Made by a program: the position numbers and the translations under genes
Shown here: piece after piece, positions 47,819 through 56,676 of the stretch
Position numbering within the stretch: position 1 is the first letter of the stretch
Layout: each line of letters opens with the position of its first letter
Notes under the pieces: generated by a model
What the model was told of the DNA's origin: nothing
Seen by the model: only the letters and a program-made list of their open reading frames with translations
Databases searched by the model: none
NCBI GenBank assembly: GCA_046726275.1
Contig: JBKPAF010000035.1
Coordinates: 30,391 to 94,390 of the forward strand
Direction: 5' to 3'
Source of the DNA: Actinomycetota bacterium
GTDB taxonomy: Bacteria; Actinomycetota; UBA4738
Length of the DNA stretch: 64,000 nt

Positions 47819-48904
47819 ATGGCCACCGAGGGCAACGGGAAGGGCAGCGACACGGGAGCTCCCGGAGGCGACGCGACCCCCGAGCCAGGCAAGGGTGTGG
47901 GCACGCTCACCAAGAAGGACTTCGCCAGCGATCAGGAGGTGCGCTGGTGTCCCGGCTGCGGGGACTACGCGATCCTGTCGGCCGTCCAGGGCTTCTTCCC
48001 CGAGCTGGGGATCCCGCCCGAGAAGGTCGTGTTCGTCACCGGCATCGGATGCTCCGGACGCTTCGTTTACTACATGGACACGTACGGCGTGCACGGGATC
48101 CACGGGCGCGCTCCAGCCATCGCCAGCGGTCTGGCCACGGCCAGGCCGGACCTCGCCGTGTGGATCGTCACCGGCGACGGTGACGCCCTGTCCATCGGCG
48201 GGAACCACCTGATCCATGCGCTGCGCCGGAACATCAACGTGAAGATCCTCATGTTCAACAACCAGATCTACGGGCTGACCAAGGGCCAGTACTCGCCAAC
48301 CAGCGAGGAGGGCAAGGTCACCAAGTCGACGCCTTTCGGATCGCTGGACCACCCGTTCAACCCGGTCGGCCTCGCCCTGGGGGCGGAGGCGACTTTCGTC
48401 GCCCGTTCCGTGGACGTGGATCGGCAGCATCTGGTCGAGGTCCTCCGGGCCGCCGCCGTTCACCAGGGGACCGCGTTCGTCGAGATCTATCAGAACTGCA
48501 ACGTGTTCAACGACGACGCGTTCATCGCACTGACCGGCAAGGACACGAAGGGTCAGAACCAGATCCGGTTGGAGCAGGGCAGGCCGGTGGTCTTTGGCCC
48601 CGACGGTGAACGCTGTGTGTACGTCGAGTTCGACGGGTCGCTTCGCATCGGTGCGACGGCGGACATCCCGTCCGAGCTGGTCTACGTGCACGATGCGACC
48701 GCGGAGAATCCAGGAGCGGCGTTCGCCCTGGCGCACCTCTCCAAGGGTCCCACTCAGCCAACCTGTATCGGCGTGTTCCGGGACGTCCAGCGTCCCGTCT
48801 ACGGCGAGCTCATGGAGCGCCAGATCCAGGCCGCTACAGAGCGGCTCGGGCAGGGCGACCTCGCGAAGCTCCTGAACTCAGGGGACACCTGGCAGGTCAA
48901 CTAA
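47819..48904 (+). CDS. korB: 2-oxoacid:ferredoxin oxidoreductase beta subunit (TPP-binding, KorB-like)
   Basis: WCPGCGDYAIL and GIGCSGRF are TPP/Cys motifs. Sits 1 nt after korA. Confidence 0.85.
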   Translation: MATEGNGKGSDTGAPGGDATPEPGKGVGTLTKKDFASDQEVRWCPGCGDYAILSAVQGFFPELGIPPEKVVFVTGIGCSGRFVYYMDTYGVHGIHGRAPAIASGLATARPDLAVWIVTGDGDALSIGGNHLIHALRRNINVKILMFNNQIYGLTKGQYSPTSEEGKVTKSTPFGSLDHPFNPVGLALGAEATFVARSVDVDRQHLVEVLRAAAVHQGTAFVEIYQNCNVFNDDAFIALTGKDTKGQNQIRLEQGRPVVFGPDGERCVYVEFDGSLRIGATADIPSELVYVHDATAENPGAAFALAHLSKGPTQPTCIGVFRDVQRPVYGELMERQIQAATERLGQGDLAKLLNSGDTWQVN

Positions 48905-48915
48905 CGTCCGGCTGA

Positions 48916-49821
48916 TCAGGTCCCTGATCGCAGGGCCACCGCGATGTCCGCGGCAAGGGCCGCGTTCGACTCCAGCAGCGCCAGGTTCGCTTCGAGGCTC
49001 GCTCCGGCGGTCCTCTCCGCGAGGCAGGAGAGGAGGAACGGTGTCACGTCCTTGCCCGTGACCCATTCCTTGTCGGCCTGTTCGACGCAGGCCCGAACCG
49101 CATCGGAAACGACCTCGTCATCCATGGCCCGGTCGGCCGGGATCGGATTGCACACGAGGAGGGCAGAGGCGACGCCGAGATTCCGGCGAGCCCGGGAGGC
49201 GGACGCGATGTCCGCCGGACTGTCTGCCCGATGCTCGAGATGGATGGTCGAGCCCGCAAGGAGGAACGAGGGAAGCGTCTCGCATCGGTACCCGATGAGG
49301 CCGATGCCAAGCTCCTCGATCCGCTCGGCGGTGGCCTGAAGGTCGACGATCGACTTCGGGCCCGAGCACACCAGGGTCCCGGGGGTCCGGGCGAGCTCGA
49401 ACAGGTCCGCCGACACATCGCCGGACGCGAGGTGGACGCCGCCGATCCCTCCAGTCACCGAGACCTCGATCCCCGCACGATCCGCCGCCCACACCGTGGC
49501 CGAAACGGTGGTCGCCCCGAGCCGTCCGCCGGCGATGGCCATGGGAAGATCCCGCCGCGCGACCTTCGCCGCGTTTCCCGCCGCAGCCACGCGATCCAGA
49601 TCGCCCTCGGAAGCGCCCACCCTGAGCAGGCCTCCCTCGACGAGGACCCATGCCGCCTCTGCCCCACGACTCCGGATCGCGTGGGTCATGGTTTCGCGGG
49701 CCTCAAGGTTGCGCGGGTCGGGAAGCCCCTGAGCAAGGACGCTCGTCTCCAGGGCGACCACGGCCCGCCCTTCGCCGAGGGCCTCTCTCACCCGATCGGA
49801 GAGAGCGAGTGGGCTGTTCAC
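48916..49821 (-). CDS. psuG: Pseudouridine-5'-phosphate glycosidase
   Basis: Sequence is indigoidine synthase A-like throughout. GTG start overlaps the psuK stop (GTGA). The maximal ORF extends to 49878. Confidence 0.8.
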   Translation of the reverse strand: MNSPLALSDRVREALGEGRAVVALETSVLAQGLPDPRNLEARETMTHAIRSRGAEAAWVLVEGGLLRVGASEGDLDRVAAAGNAAKVARRDLPMAIAGGRLGATTVSATVWAADRAGIEVSVTGGIGGVHLASGDVSADLFELARTPGTLVCSGPKSIVDLQATAERIEELGIGLIGYRCETLPSFLLAGSTIHLEHRADSPADIASASRARRNLGVASALLVCNPIPADRAMDDEVVSDAVRACVEQADKEWVTGKDVTPFLLSCLAERTAGASLEANLALLESNAALAADIAVALRSGT

Positions 49822-50687
49822 TGCTTCCGCTGCGGCCAGGTTTCGCCGCTCATGGCAACCGATCTGCCTGCCTCGCACCCGTGTCGAAGTGCCTCGGCGG
49901 GCGACGCACCCCTTACTAGAGCGGCCAGAAAGACTCCGTCGAAGGCGTCTCCCGCCCCGGTCGGGTCCACCGGCTCATAGAGCGGCCTGCCAGGCACGAC
50001 CTCTGTGCCATCGGTAGACCAGAGCTCCGCTCCCATTGGGCCGAGCTTTCGACAGACGTATCGGAATCCCTCGTTTAGCCTCGTGGCGCTGCCGGTTCCC
50101 AGCGAGTGGGCTTCGCGTTCGTTGGCGAGCAGGACGTTCGCCACGGAGATGGCGTCGAGGAAGCGGTCAACTCCGTAGTCCTCCAGCAGCGGCCAGGAGG
50201 CCGCATCCACCGCGACGAGCGGCGCGTCGGCTCGGTCGAGGGCGGCCCGCGCCGCGGGCTCGGAGCCGGGATGGAACAGGACATATCCTGCGACCAGGAC
50301 GGCTCCCGCCTTCAGGCGTTCCGGCAGGTCCCCGGGGGACAGCCGCGCGTTCGCACCTCGATCGGCGACCATGGAGCGGTCTTCCCGGTCCCGAACGACC
50401 AGCATGGCGCCGGTCTTCTCGTCTCCGTCGACGCTGAGCCGCGCGTCGACGTCCCGGGCGGCCAGTTCTTCCTGGAGAAGCCTGCCGGGCAGATCGTCGC
50501 CCACCCGGCCGTACAGTCGCACCCAGGCACCCTCGTGCGCCGCCCAGACAGCTGCATTCGCACCCGTGCCACCCGGCCGTAGCCGGACCTCGCCGTGAAC
50601 GTCGCCGCCCGTCGCCAGCGATCCGGCTTCGACGCTCACGTCGACCATCACGTCGCCGACGACAATCAGATCGGGCCGATCGGTCAC
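49818..50687 (-). CDS. psuK: PfkB-family carbohydrate kinase, likely pseudouridine kinase
   Basis: Ribokinase-like GG and DTxGAGD motifs (PTGAGDAFDGV). Translationally coupled to psuG. Confidence 0.7.
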   Translation of the reverse strand: MTDRPDLIVVGDVMVDVSVEAGSLATGGDVHGEVRLRPGGTGANAAVWAAHEGAWVRLYGRVGDDLPGRLLQEELAARDVDARLSVDGDEKTGAMLVVRDREDRSMVADRGANARLSPGDLPERLKAGAVLVAGYVLFHPGSEPAARAALDRADAPLVAVDAASWPLLEDYGVDRFLDAISVANVLLANEREAHSLGTGSATRLNEGFRYVCRKLGPMGAELWSTDGTEVVPGRPLYEPVDPTGAGDAFDGVFLAALVRGASPAEALRHGCEAGRSVAMSGETWPQRKQ

Positions 50688-50693
50688 GCGACG

Positions 50694-51620
50694 CTAGCCG
50701 AAGAGATGATCGATTTCGTCCAGCGTCTGACGATCGAGAGCGAGGTCGCCAGCCGTGGCGTTGTTCCTGGCGTGGTCGGCCTTCCGGCTGCCAGCGATGG
50801 CCGCGGTGACGCCGGTCTGCTCGATGACCCACCGCAGGGCCAGAGGGGCGAGGGTGGTCCCGAGCCGCTTGGCGACGGGCCTGAGCTTCTCGACTTTGGC
50901 CAGGTTCGCAGACAGGTTCCGGGGCTTGAAGTTCTCCGGAACGCTGCCCCGGGCTCCACCCCGGAAATCCTGCTGATGGAACTTCGTGTCCTTGGTGATG
51001 GCCCCGGTGAGGATCCCCAGACCCAGCGGGCTATACGCGAGGTATCCCACTCCCCACTCGGACAGCGAGGGAAGCAGATCGTACCGATCCTCCTGGTTGA
51101 GGAGGGAGAACCGGTTCTGGACCGAGTCCACGTGACGGATGTCCAGACACCGTTCAACCATCGATCGAGACACGTTCGAGAGCCCGATGTGAAGGGCCAG
51201 GCCCTCGTCCTGCAGCCCGGCCATCGCTCCCCAGGTCTCTTCGAGAGGAACCGAACGGTCGGGCCAGTGGAGCTGGTACAGATCGACGTGATCCGTCCCC
51301 AAGCGCTCGAGCGAGCTCTGGATGGCCGCTCGGACCTGATCGGGACGGAAGCCGCTCCCCTCGGGCCGTGGCGCCACTTTGGTGAACAGGAGAATCTCCT
51401 CTCTCCTCCCCTCCACGGCCTTCCCGACCAGCTCCTCGGAGCGCCCTTTCCCGTACACTTCAGCCGTGTCGATCCAGGTCATGCCCGCATCGAGTCCGGC
51501 CTGGATCGCGGCGATCACCATCTCGTCGGACTCGTTCGGTCCCCAGAAGTCGCCTCCCGCTTCCCACGCGCCGAAGCCGACGACCGAGATCTCGGGACCC
51601 TGGCTCCCGAGCTTTCTCAT
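50694..51620 (-). CDS. Aldo/keto reductase
   Basis: MRKLGSQGPEISVVGFGAW ... IDTAEVYG is the AKR signature. Confidence 0.8.
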   Translation of the reverse strand: MRKLGSQGPEISVVGFGAWEAGGDFWGPNESDEMVIAAIQAGLDAGMTWIDTAEVYGKGRSEELVGKAVEGRREEILLFTKVAPRPEGSGFRPDQVRAAIQSSLERLGTDHVDLYQLHWPDRSVPLEETWGAMAGLQDEGLALHIGLSNVSRSMVERCLDIRHVDSVQNRFSLLNQEDRYDLLPSLSEWGVGYLAYSPLGLGILTGAITKDTKFHQQDFRGGARGSVPENFKPRNLSANLAKVEKLRPVAKRLGTTLAPLALRWVIEQTGVTAAIAGSRKADHARNNATAGDLALDRQTLDEIDHLFG

Positions 51621-51782
51621 ATCCATGAGCATTCCCTTCTCTGCTTGGAGGCTTCCTTCGAGGAGGGCTGGCGCTCGAGCCGGCCGGGCCCTCTGGACAG
51701 CAACGCTATCATTACGCCGGATTTCGGTTCGTTTCCGAGGTCCGCCCCGCTGTTCGAGTCACCTGCGGTGAGGGGAATTGTC

Positions 51783-51971
51783 ATGGGCCGCGATGTGAGA
51801 GAGAGGGCTGCCGACGACGTATCCGGGCAGGACCGGGCTCCCGGAAACCCCGGCGAGCGGCGGTGCGCCGAATGCGGCGTGAAGCTCTCCCGATACAATC
51901 CGGGTCCGCACTGCTGGCAGCACACAGTGGGGTGGCCCTGGCGGGGGCCCTCCGCCCGGCCTCGGGCGTGA
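51783..51971 (+). CDS. Candidate small Cys-rich (zinc-ribbon-like) protein of 62 aa
   Basis: GAGGGGAA RBS 5 nt before the ATG. CAECGVKLSRYNPGPHCWQH is a CxxC...CxxH pattern. Lies in a 400-bp gap between two minus-strand genes. Confidence 0.3.
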   Translation: MGRDVRERAADDVSGQDRAPGNPGERRCAECGVKLSRYNPGPHCWQHTVGWPWRGPSARPRA

Positions 51972-52041
51972 CCTCCCGGGCCCAAGCCTGATCGCCCTGC
52001 GGAACGGTCAGGCGGCTCTCATCGACCGGTTTGCCTCGCCC

Positions 52042-52791
52042 TCAGGCCAGGTCCTCTTCGGGTCCTCCGCCGATGGGAGTCTCGGACCTCGGCGCCGAGA
52101 CCTCGCGTGATCGCAAGAACGCGACGGCGTACACGGCCGCGGCGATGATCGCCCCGCTGAGGGGCCCGGCGACATAGACCCAGAAGTCCGTCCATTTCCA
52201 GGCGACCAGCGCGGGTCCGAAGGATCTCGCGGGGTTCATGCTCGCCCCGGTGAGCTGGCCCCCGACCAGGATGTCGAAGACCAGCACCAGTCCGATCGGG
52301 ATCCCCGCGATGGACTTGAACGTTCCCCGGTCATCGATCGCGACCGCATAGACCGTTATCACGAGCATGAAAGTGAGGATCGCTTCGATGAGGATGGCTT
52401 TGCCGTTGGTGATCCCGAACTGATGGCTCACCTGCGTGGCGCCGAGAAAGGCGTTGCGCCAGGCTTGCTCGGGCATCACCCATCGGAGGAGGCCGGCTCC
52501 GGCCACCGCCCCGGCCAGCTGAGCCAATACATACACCCCCGCCCTGGAGGCCTCGATCTTTCCGCCGACCCAGACCGCGACCGTCACGGCGGGGTTGAAG
52601 TGGCCGCCGGACACATGTCCCAGGTTGGAGACGAACGTCGCAAGCACCAGCCCGAACGCCAGGGCTACTCCGATCACCCCCAGATATCCCCCGCCGTTCG
52701 CCACGGAGATGACCACAGAGCCGGCACCGATGAAGACCAGCGCCATCGTTCCCAGGAACTCGGCTGTCGCCTGCTCACCGATCGTCTTCAT
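52042..52791 (-). CDS. Aquaporin/MIP-family channel (AqpZ/GlpF-like)
   Basis: Two NPA boxes (SGGHFNPAVT and GASMNPARSFG). Confidence 0.85.
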   Translation of the reverse strand: MKTIGEQATAEFLGTMALVFIGAGSVVISVANGGGYLGVIGVALAFGLVLATFVSNLGHVSGGHFNPAVTVAVWVGGKIEASRAGVYVLAQLAGAVAGAGLLRWVMPEQAWRNAFLGATQVSHQFGITNGKAILIEAILTFMLVITVYAVAIDDRGTFKSIAGIPIGLVLVFDILVGGQLTGASMNPARSFGPALVAWKWTDFWVYVAGPLSGAIIAAAVYAVAFLRSREVSAPRSETPIGGGPEEDLA

Positions 52792-52890
52792 GCAGACTCC
52801 TTTCTGGGGCTGTGGCCCCAATTGGCTCCCCGCACGGAAGTGACCTGGCTGAACCGACCCGAAGCGTACCCCCGCTACAATTCCTGCTGC

Positions 52891-53280
52891 ATGAGAGTCC
52901 TGCTGGTGTCGGCTGACCCCCAGGTCCGGGAGATGATGGCCCTCGTCACGCGAAGCGTCCGCCGAGGATCGGACGAGCCCTTCGAGGCCCTCGAAGCGGC
53001 TGACGGTCTGCGCGGCATCGCGATGGCTTGGCGCTACCTGCCCGAAGTGGTCGTCGCGGACGAGATCACGTCGCGGGCGGGAGCGTTCGCCCTGGCGAAG
53101 GATCTCAAAGGTGCCGACCCTCCGTTTGGTGGAGCCGTCGTGATCCTACTGGAGCGGGCCCAGGACGCCTGGCTCGCAAAATGGTCGGGAGCCGATGCGT
53201 GGTTCGTGAAGCCGGTGAACCCCTTCGAGCTGGCGGACACGGTGGCGGCGTTCGCCGCCAAGCGCAAGGAGGCCGTGTGA
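52891..53280 (+). CDS. Stand-alone receiver (CheY-like) domain protein
   Basis: About 129 aa. Acidic pocket (LLVSAD ... VVVADE). Conserved Lys-Pro (WFVKPVNPFEL). Confidence 0.55.
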   Translation: MRVLLVSADPQVREMMALVTRSVRRGSDEPFEALEAADGLRGIAMAWRYLPEVVVADEITSRAGAFALAKDLKGADPPFGGAVVILLERAQDAWLAKWSGADAWFVKPVNPFELADTVAAFAAKRKEAV

Positions 53281-53564
53281 AGCTGAAGGTGGTCCATACC
53301 GAATGCGGCCGCGAGGTCCTCGTGCGGCAGATTCTCGACACGGGCGGGCACTGCCCGTGGGACGGCAAGCCGTTCAACAAGGACTACACCGCGGTGCTGG
53401 CGGAGGCCCTGGAGGCGGCCGAGAACGCCGGGGGGGTCCTGGAGAACGCGTTGGAGAAGATCGCGGGCATGGACCCCGCCATGACGATCGACCGGGAATC
53501 CCTCCTGGGTGGGATCGAGGAACACCTCGAGCAGCTCAACAGATCCGAGCGACGAGGGCGATGA
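53277..53564 (+). CDS. Hypothetical small protein with a zinc-ribbon-like N-terminus
   Basis: GTG overlaps the preceding stop (GTGA). Motif HTECGREV...GGHCPWDG. Confidence 0.45.
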   Translation: MKLKVVHTECGREVLVRQILDTGGHCPWDGKPFNKDYTAVLAEALEAAENAGGVLENALEKIAGMDPAMTIDRESLLGGIEEHLEQLNRSERRGR

Positions 53565-53782
53565 CCGGCGCGACAGAGCCGAATCCCTATTCCGTCCGCG
53601 TCCAGAGCGGGGAACAGGGCTGGGAGGTCCACATCGTCGGACCGTCGACGGAGATCGCGTGGACCCGCCACTGTGCCGACGAAGCCGAGGCCAGGACGTT
53701 CGCCTCTACCGTCCAGCAGCACATCTACTGGTTGTCGCCGGATAAGTTCCAGGAGTACTACAAGCTGGCCGAGCCGGCCTGA
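53561..53782 (+). CDS. Hypothetical small protein (73 aa)
   Basis: ATG overlaps the preceding stop (ATGA), which suggests translational coupling. Confidence 0.4.
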   Translation: MTGATEPNPYSVRVQSGEQGWEVHIVGPSTEIAWTRHCADEAEARTFASTVQQHIYWLSPDKFQEYYKLAEPA

Positions 53783-53794
53783 TCGGAGGAGGTC

Positions 53795-53902
53795 GTGGGC
53801 TTCAACCCAATGCAGCCGGGCAGGATCAAGCGGGGAGATCTCCTCATGTTCCTGTTCGGGCTGGCCCTGATCGCGGCCGCCCTGGTCTGGGTGCTCCGCT
53901 GA
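53795..53902 (+). CDS. Candidate micro-protein (about 35 aa) with a single TM helix
   Basis: GGAGG sits 6 nt before a GTG. Sequence VGFNPMQPGRIKRGDLLMFLFGLALIAAALVWVLR. Directly upstream of trpD. Confidence 0.3.
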   Translation: MGFNPMQPGRIKRGDLLMFLFGLALIAAALVWVLR

Positions 53903-53915
53903 CCGCGGCCCGCGA

Positions 53916-54932
53916 ATGACCGCGCCCTGGCCCAAGATCCTGGGGAAGCTCCTTGCCCGCGAGAACCTGTCGGCCGACGAGGCCGCCGAGGCCATGCGGC
54001 TGATCCTCAGTGGAGAGGCAACGCCGGCCCAGGTGGCGGCGTTCGCGGTGGCCCTGGCCGCGAAAGGGGAGACTGCTCAGGAGCTCAGCGGCCTGGCCCG
54101 AAGCATGCTGGAGCTGACGCCCACGGTCGAGACCCCGGGACCGGTCACGGACACCAGCGGGAGCGGAGGAGACCGTTCCAGGACCATCAACGTATCGACG
54201 ATCGCGGCCATCGTGGCGGCGGGCGCGGGCGTCCTGATCGCCAAGCACGGTAACCGGGCGAGGTCGTCGCGGTGTGGGTCGGCCGACCTCCTCGAGGCGC
54301 TCGGAGTAAAGATCGACCTCGAGGCGGTGGGTGTTACGCGGTGTCTGGAGGAGTGCGGGATCGCGTTCCTGTTCGCTCCGATGTTCCATCCGGCTCTGGC
54401 GAACACGGTCCGCCCGCGCAGGGAGATGGGAGTTCCCACCGTGTTCGATTACCTGCCCCCAGTGGCGAATCCGGCTCGTCCCGCGTATCAGGTGGTCGGC
54501 ATGTCGGACCAGCGGATGCTCCCTGTGATCGCCGGAGTCCTTGCGGAGCGGCGGGTGAAGGGTTACGTGGCCAGGGGGACCGACGGGATCGATGAGTTCA
54601 CCACGACCGGTCCCACCGAGGTCTACGAGGTGAACGCCGGGACGTATTTCCAGTATTACGTCCTCCCGATCGAGATCGGCATCGCCGTGGCGCAGGCGGA
54701 AGATCTCACCGGCGGAGACCCGGAGGCCAACGCTCGGGTGGCCAGAGCGGTGCTGGCTGGGGAAAAGGGTCCTGCCAGGGACATCGTCTGTGTCAACGCG
54801 GCCGCGGCCATCTCCGCCGCCGGCCTGGCCGACGACATCCAACAGGGGATCGAACGAGCCGGCGAGGCGATCGACTCGGGCAAGGCGTCCGCCGTGCTCG
54901 ATCGATGGGTGGACGCGTCGAACCGAAACTAG
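53916..54932 (+). CDS. trpD: Anthranilate phosphoribosyltransferase
   Basis: Motifs GTGGDR-like (TSGSGGDRSRTINVST) and KHGNRA. No other trp genes are nearby. Confidence 0.9.
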   Translation: MTAPWPKILGKLLARENLSADEAAEAMRLILSGEATPAQVAAFAVALAAKGETAQELSGLARSMLELTPTVETPGPVTDTSGSGGDRSRTINVSTIAAIVAAGAGVLIAKHGNRARSSRCGSADLLEALGVKIDLEAVGVTRCLEECGIAFLFAPMFHPALANTVRPRREMGVPTVFDYLPPVANPARPAYQVVGMSDQRMLPVIAGVLAERRVKGYVARGTDGIDEFTTTGPTEVYEVNAGTYFQYYVLPIEIGIAVAQAEDLTGGDPEANARVARAVLAGEKGPARDIVCVNAAAAISAAGLADDIQQGIERAGEAIDSGKASAVLDRWVDASNRN

Positions 54933-56107
54933 ACGCGTTCGAGGACCATGGCCATGCCCATCCCGCCGGAGATGCACAACGTGGCCAACCCGAGCGAGTA
55001 GCCCTTCTCCCGCATCTCATAGGCGCACGTGAGCACGATCCTGGCCCCGGTCATCCCGATCGGGTGGCCGAGGGCGATGGCCCCGCCGTTCGGGTTGAGC
55101 TTGTCGTGGTCGAGCTTCAGCTCCCGGTCGCAAGCCAGGACCTGGGCAGCGAAGGCTTCGTTCAACTCGACGACCTCGAAGTCCTGGAGGGAGAGGCCCG
55201 TCTTGTCGAGGACCTTCCGCGTGGCGGGGACCACCCCGATCCCCATATAAGCCGGATCGACGCCCGCCGAGGCCGAGGCGACGATCCTGGCGAGCGGCTC
55301 CCGGCCCTCGGCCATGGCCCGCGACTCCGACATCAGGACCAGGGCGGCCGCTCCATCGGTGACGCCGGATGAGTTGCCGGCCGTGATCGTGCCCTCGTCC
55401 GGGTCGAACACGGGCTTCAGGGCACTCAGACCCTCGATCGTCGTATCCGGCCGGGGATGCTCGTCCCGCTCGATCCGTCCGGCCTGGCCCTTGGCACCCG
55501 GAACGTCGACGGGGGCGATCTCCCTGGCCCGGCGACCCTCGCCCGCCGCCGCCTTCTGCTGGGACCGAAGGGCGAACTCGTCCTGCTCGTCGCGGGGAAT
55601 CTCGTACTTCCTGGCAAGGTTCTCGGCCGTCTCCCCCATGATGAGCCCGCATAGGGGATCGAGGAACCCGTCTCGGTTCATCCCGTCATACAGGGTTGCA
55701 TCGCCCATCCGGTAGCCGAACCTCATGCGATCGAGGAGGAACGGCGTTCGGGTCATGTTCTCCTGACCGCCGGCCACGACGACCTCGGCGTTGCCGAGGA
55801 TGATCTGCTCCGCGGCGACCTGGATGGCCTTCATCCCGGAGCCGCACGCCATGTTCACCGTGAACGCCGGAGTCTCCTCGCCCAGGCCGGAGCGGTAGGC
55901 GACCTGCCGGGCCGGGTTCGGTCCGTTCCCGGCCTGCCGGGCATGGCCGAACACCAGCTCGTCGATCTTGGCCCCTGAGACCTCCGCTCGTTCCAGCGCA
56001 GCCGTCACCGCGTGCATGCCGAGATCGACCGCTGGAACCTCGGAAAACGCACCCAGGAACTTCCCCACCGGCGTCCGGGCGCCCTCCACGATGACCGCAC
56101 GCTGCAC
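54929..56107 (-). CDS. Acetyl-CoA C-acetyltransferase (thiolase II)
   Basis: Active-site Cys in VNMACGSGM. C-terminal motifs NEAFAAQ and GHPIGMTGARI. Ends with CISGGMGMAMVLERV. Confidence 0.9.
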   Translation of the reverse strand: MQRAVIVEGARTPVGKFLGAFSEVPAVDLGMHAVTAALERAEVSGAKIDELVFGHARQAGNGPNPARQVAYRSGLGEETPAFTVNMACGSGMKAIQVAAEQIILGNAEVVVAGGQENMTRTPFLLDRMRFGYRMGDATLYDGMNRDGFLDPLCGLIMGETAENLARKYEIPRDEQDEFALRSQQKAAAGEGRRAREIAPVDVPGAKGQAGRIERDEHPRPDTTIEGLSALKPVFDPDEGTITAGNSSGVTDGAAALVLMSESRAMAEGREPLARIVASASAGVDPAYMGIGVVPATRKVLDKTGLSLQDFEVVELNEAFAAQVLACDRELKLDHDKLNPNGGAIALGHPIGMTGARIVLTCAYEMREKGYSLGLATLCISGGMGMAMVLERV

Positions 56108-56179
56108 GGATTCGATTATAGGGGGGGACCTTTTGCGCTCTGCGGGTCAGGCCGGTACGGGATGTTGGGGGGAACCGCT

Positions 56180-56458
56180 TCAGGCGACGTGCCGGATCAG
56201 GCGGCGGCGCTGCTGCTCGGTGGTGCCGCCCCACACGCCGTACCGCTCGCCGTTCTGCACCGCCCAGGCCAGGCACATCTCCCGCACGGGGCAAACGCTG
56301 CAGTAGGACAAGGCGAGCCCGGCCTCCTCTTCAGTGGTGGGGAAGAAGACCTCCGGATCGAGGCCGTAGCACGCCGCTCGTTCCTGCCAATGGTCCGGCG
56401 GGCTCACCTGCTTGGGCAGGCTCTGGACGTCGATCTCCAGGTCCGGCATCGAGTCCAT
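56180..56458 (-). CDS. WhiB-family [4Fe-4S] transcriptional regulator
   Basis: The four Cys (AACYG ... CSVCPVREMC). GVWGG turn and C-terminal basic tail. I chose the start at 56458 (MDSMPDL). Confidence 0.8.
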   Translation of the reverse strand: MDSMPDLEIDVQSLPKQVSPPDHWQERAACYGLDPEVFFPTTEEEAGLALSYCSVCPVREMCLAWAVQNGERYGVWGGTTEQQRRRLIRHVA

Positions 56459-56676
56459 GCTAAGTGTTCGATCCGTCAAAGACCAGGCCCAATTTTCCGG
56501 GCTCCAGCTCGGATTCGGGTCTCTCCTTCCCCCTCCTGACGAAGCGGGCACCCGGCGCCATCCCGGCGCCCAACGTTCGTTGATACCCCCCCAACCCATC
56601 GCTATGCCTGAAAATCCGAGATCCATTCCCCGGTGGATCGAGCACGGACGACGCCTGTTCCTGGATAATCTCCGCC

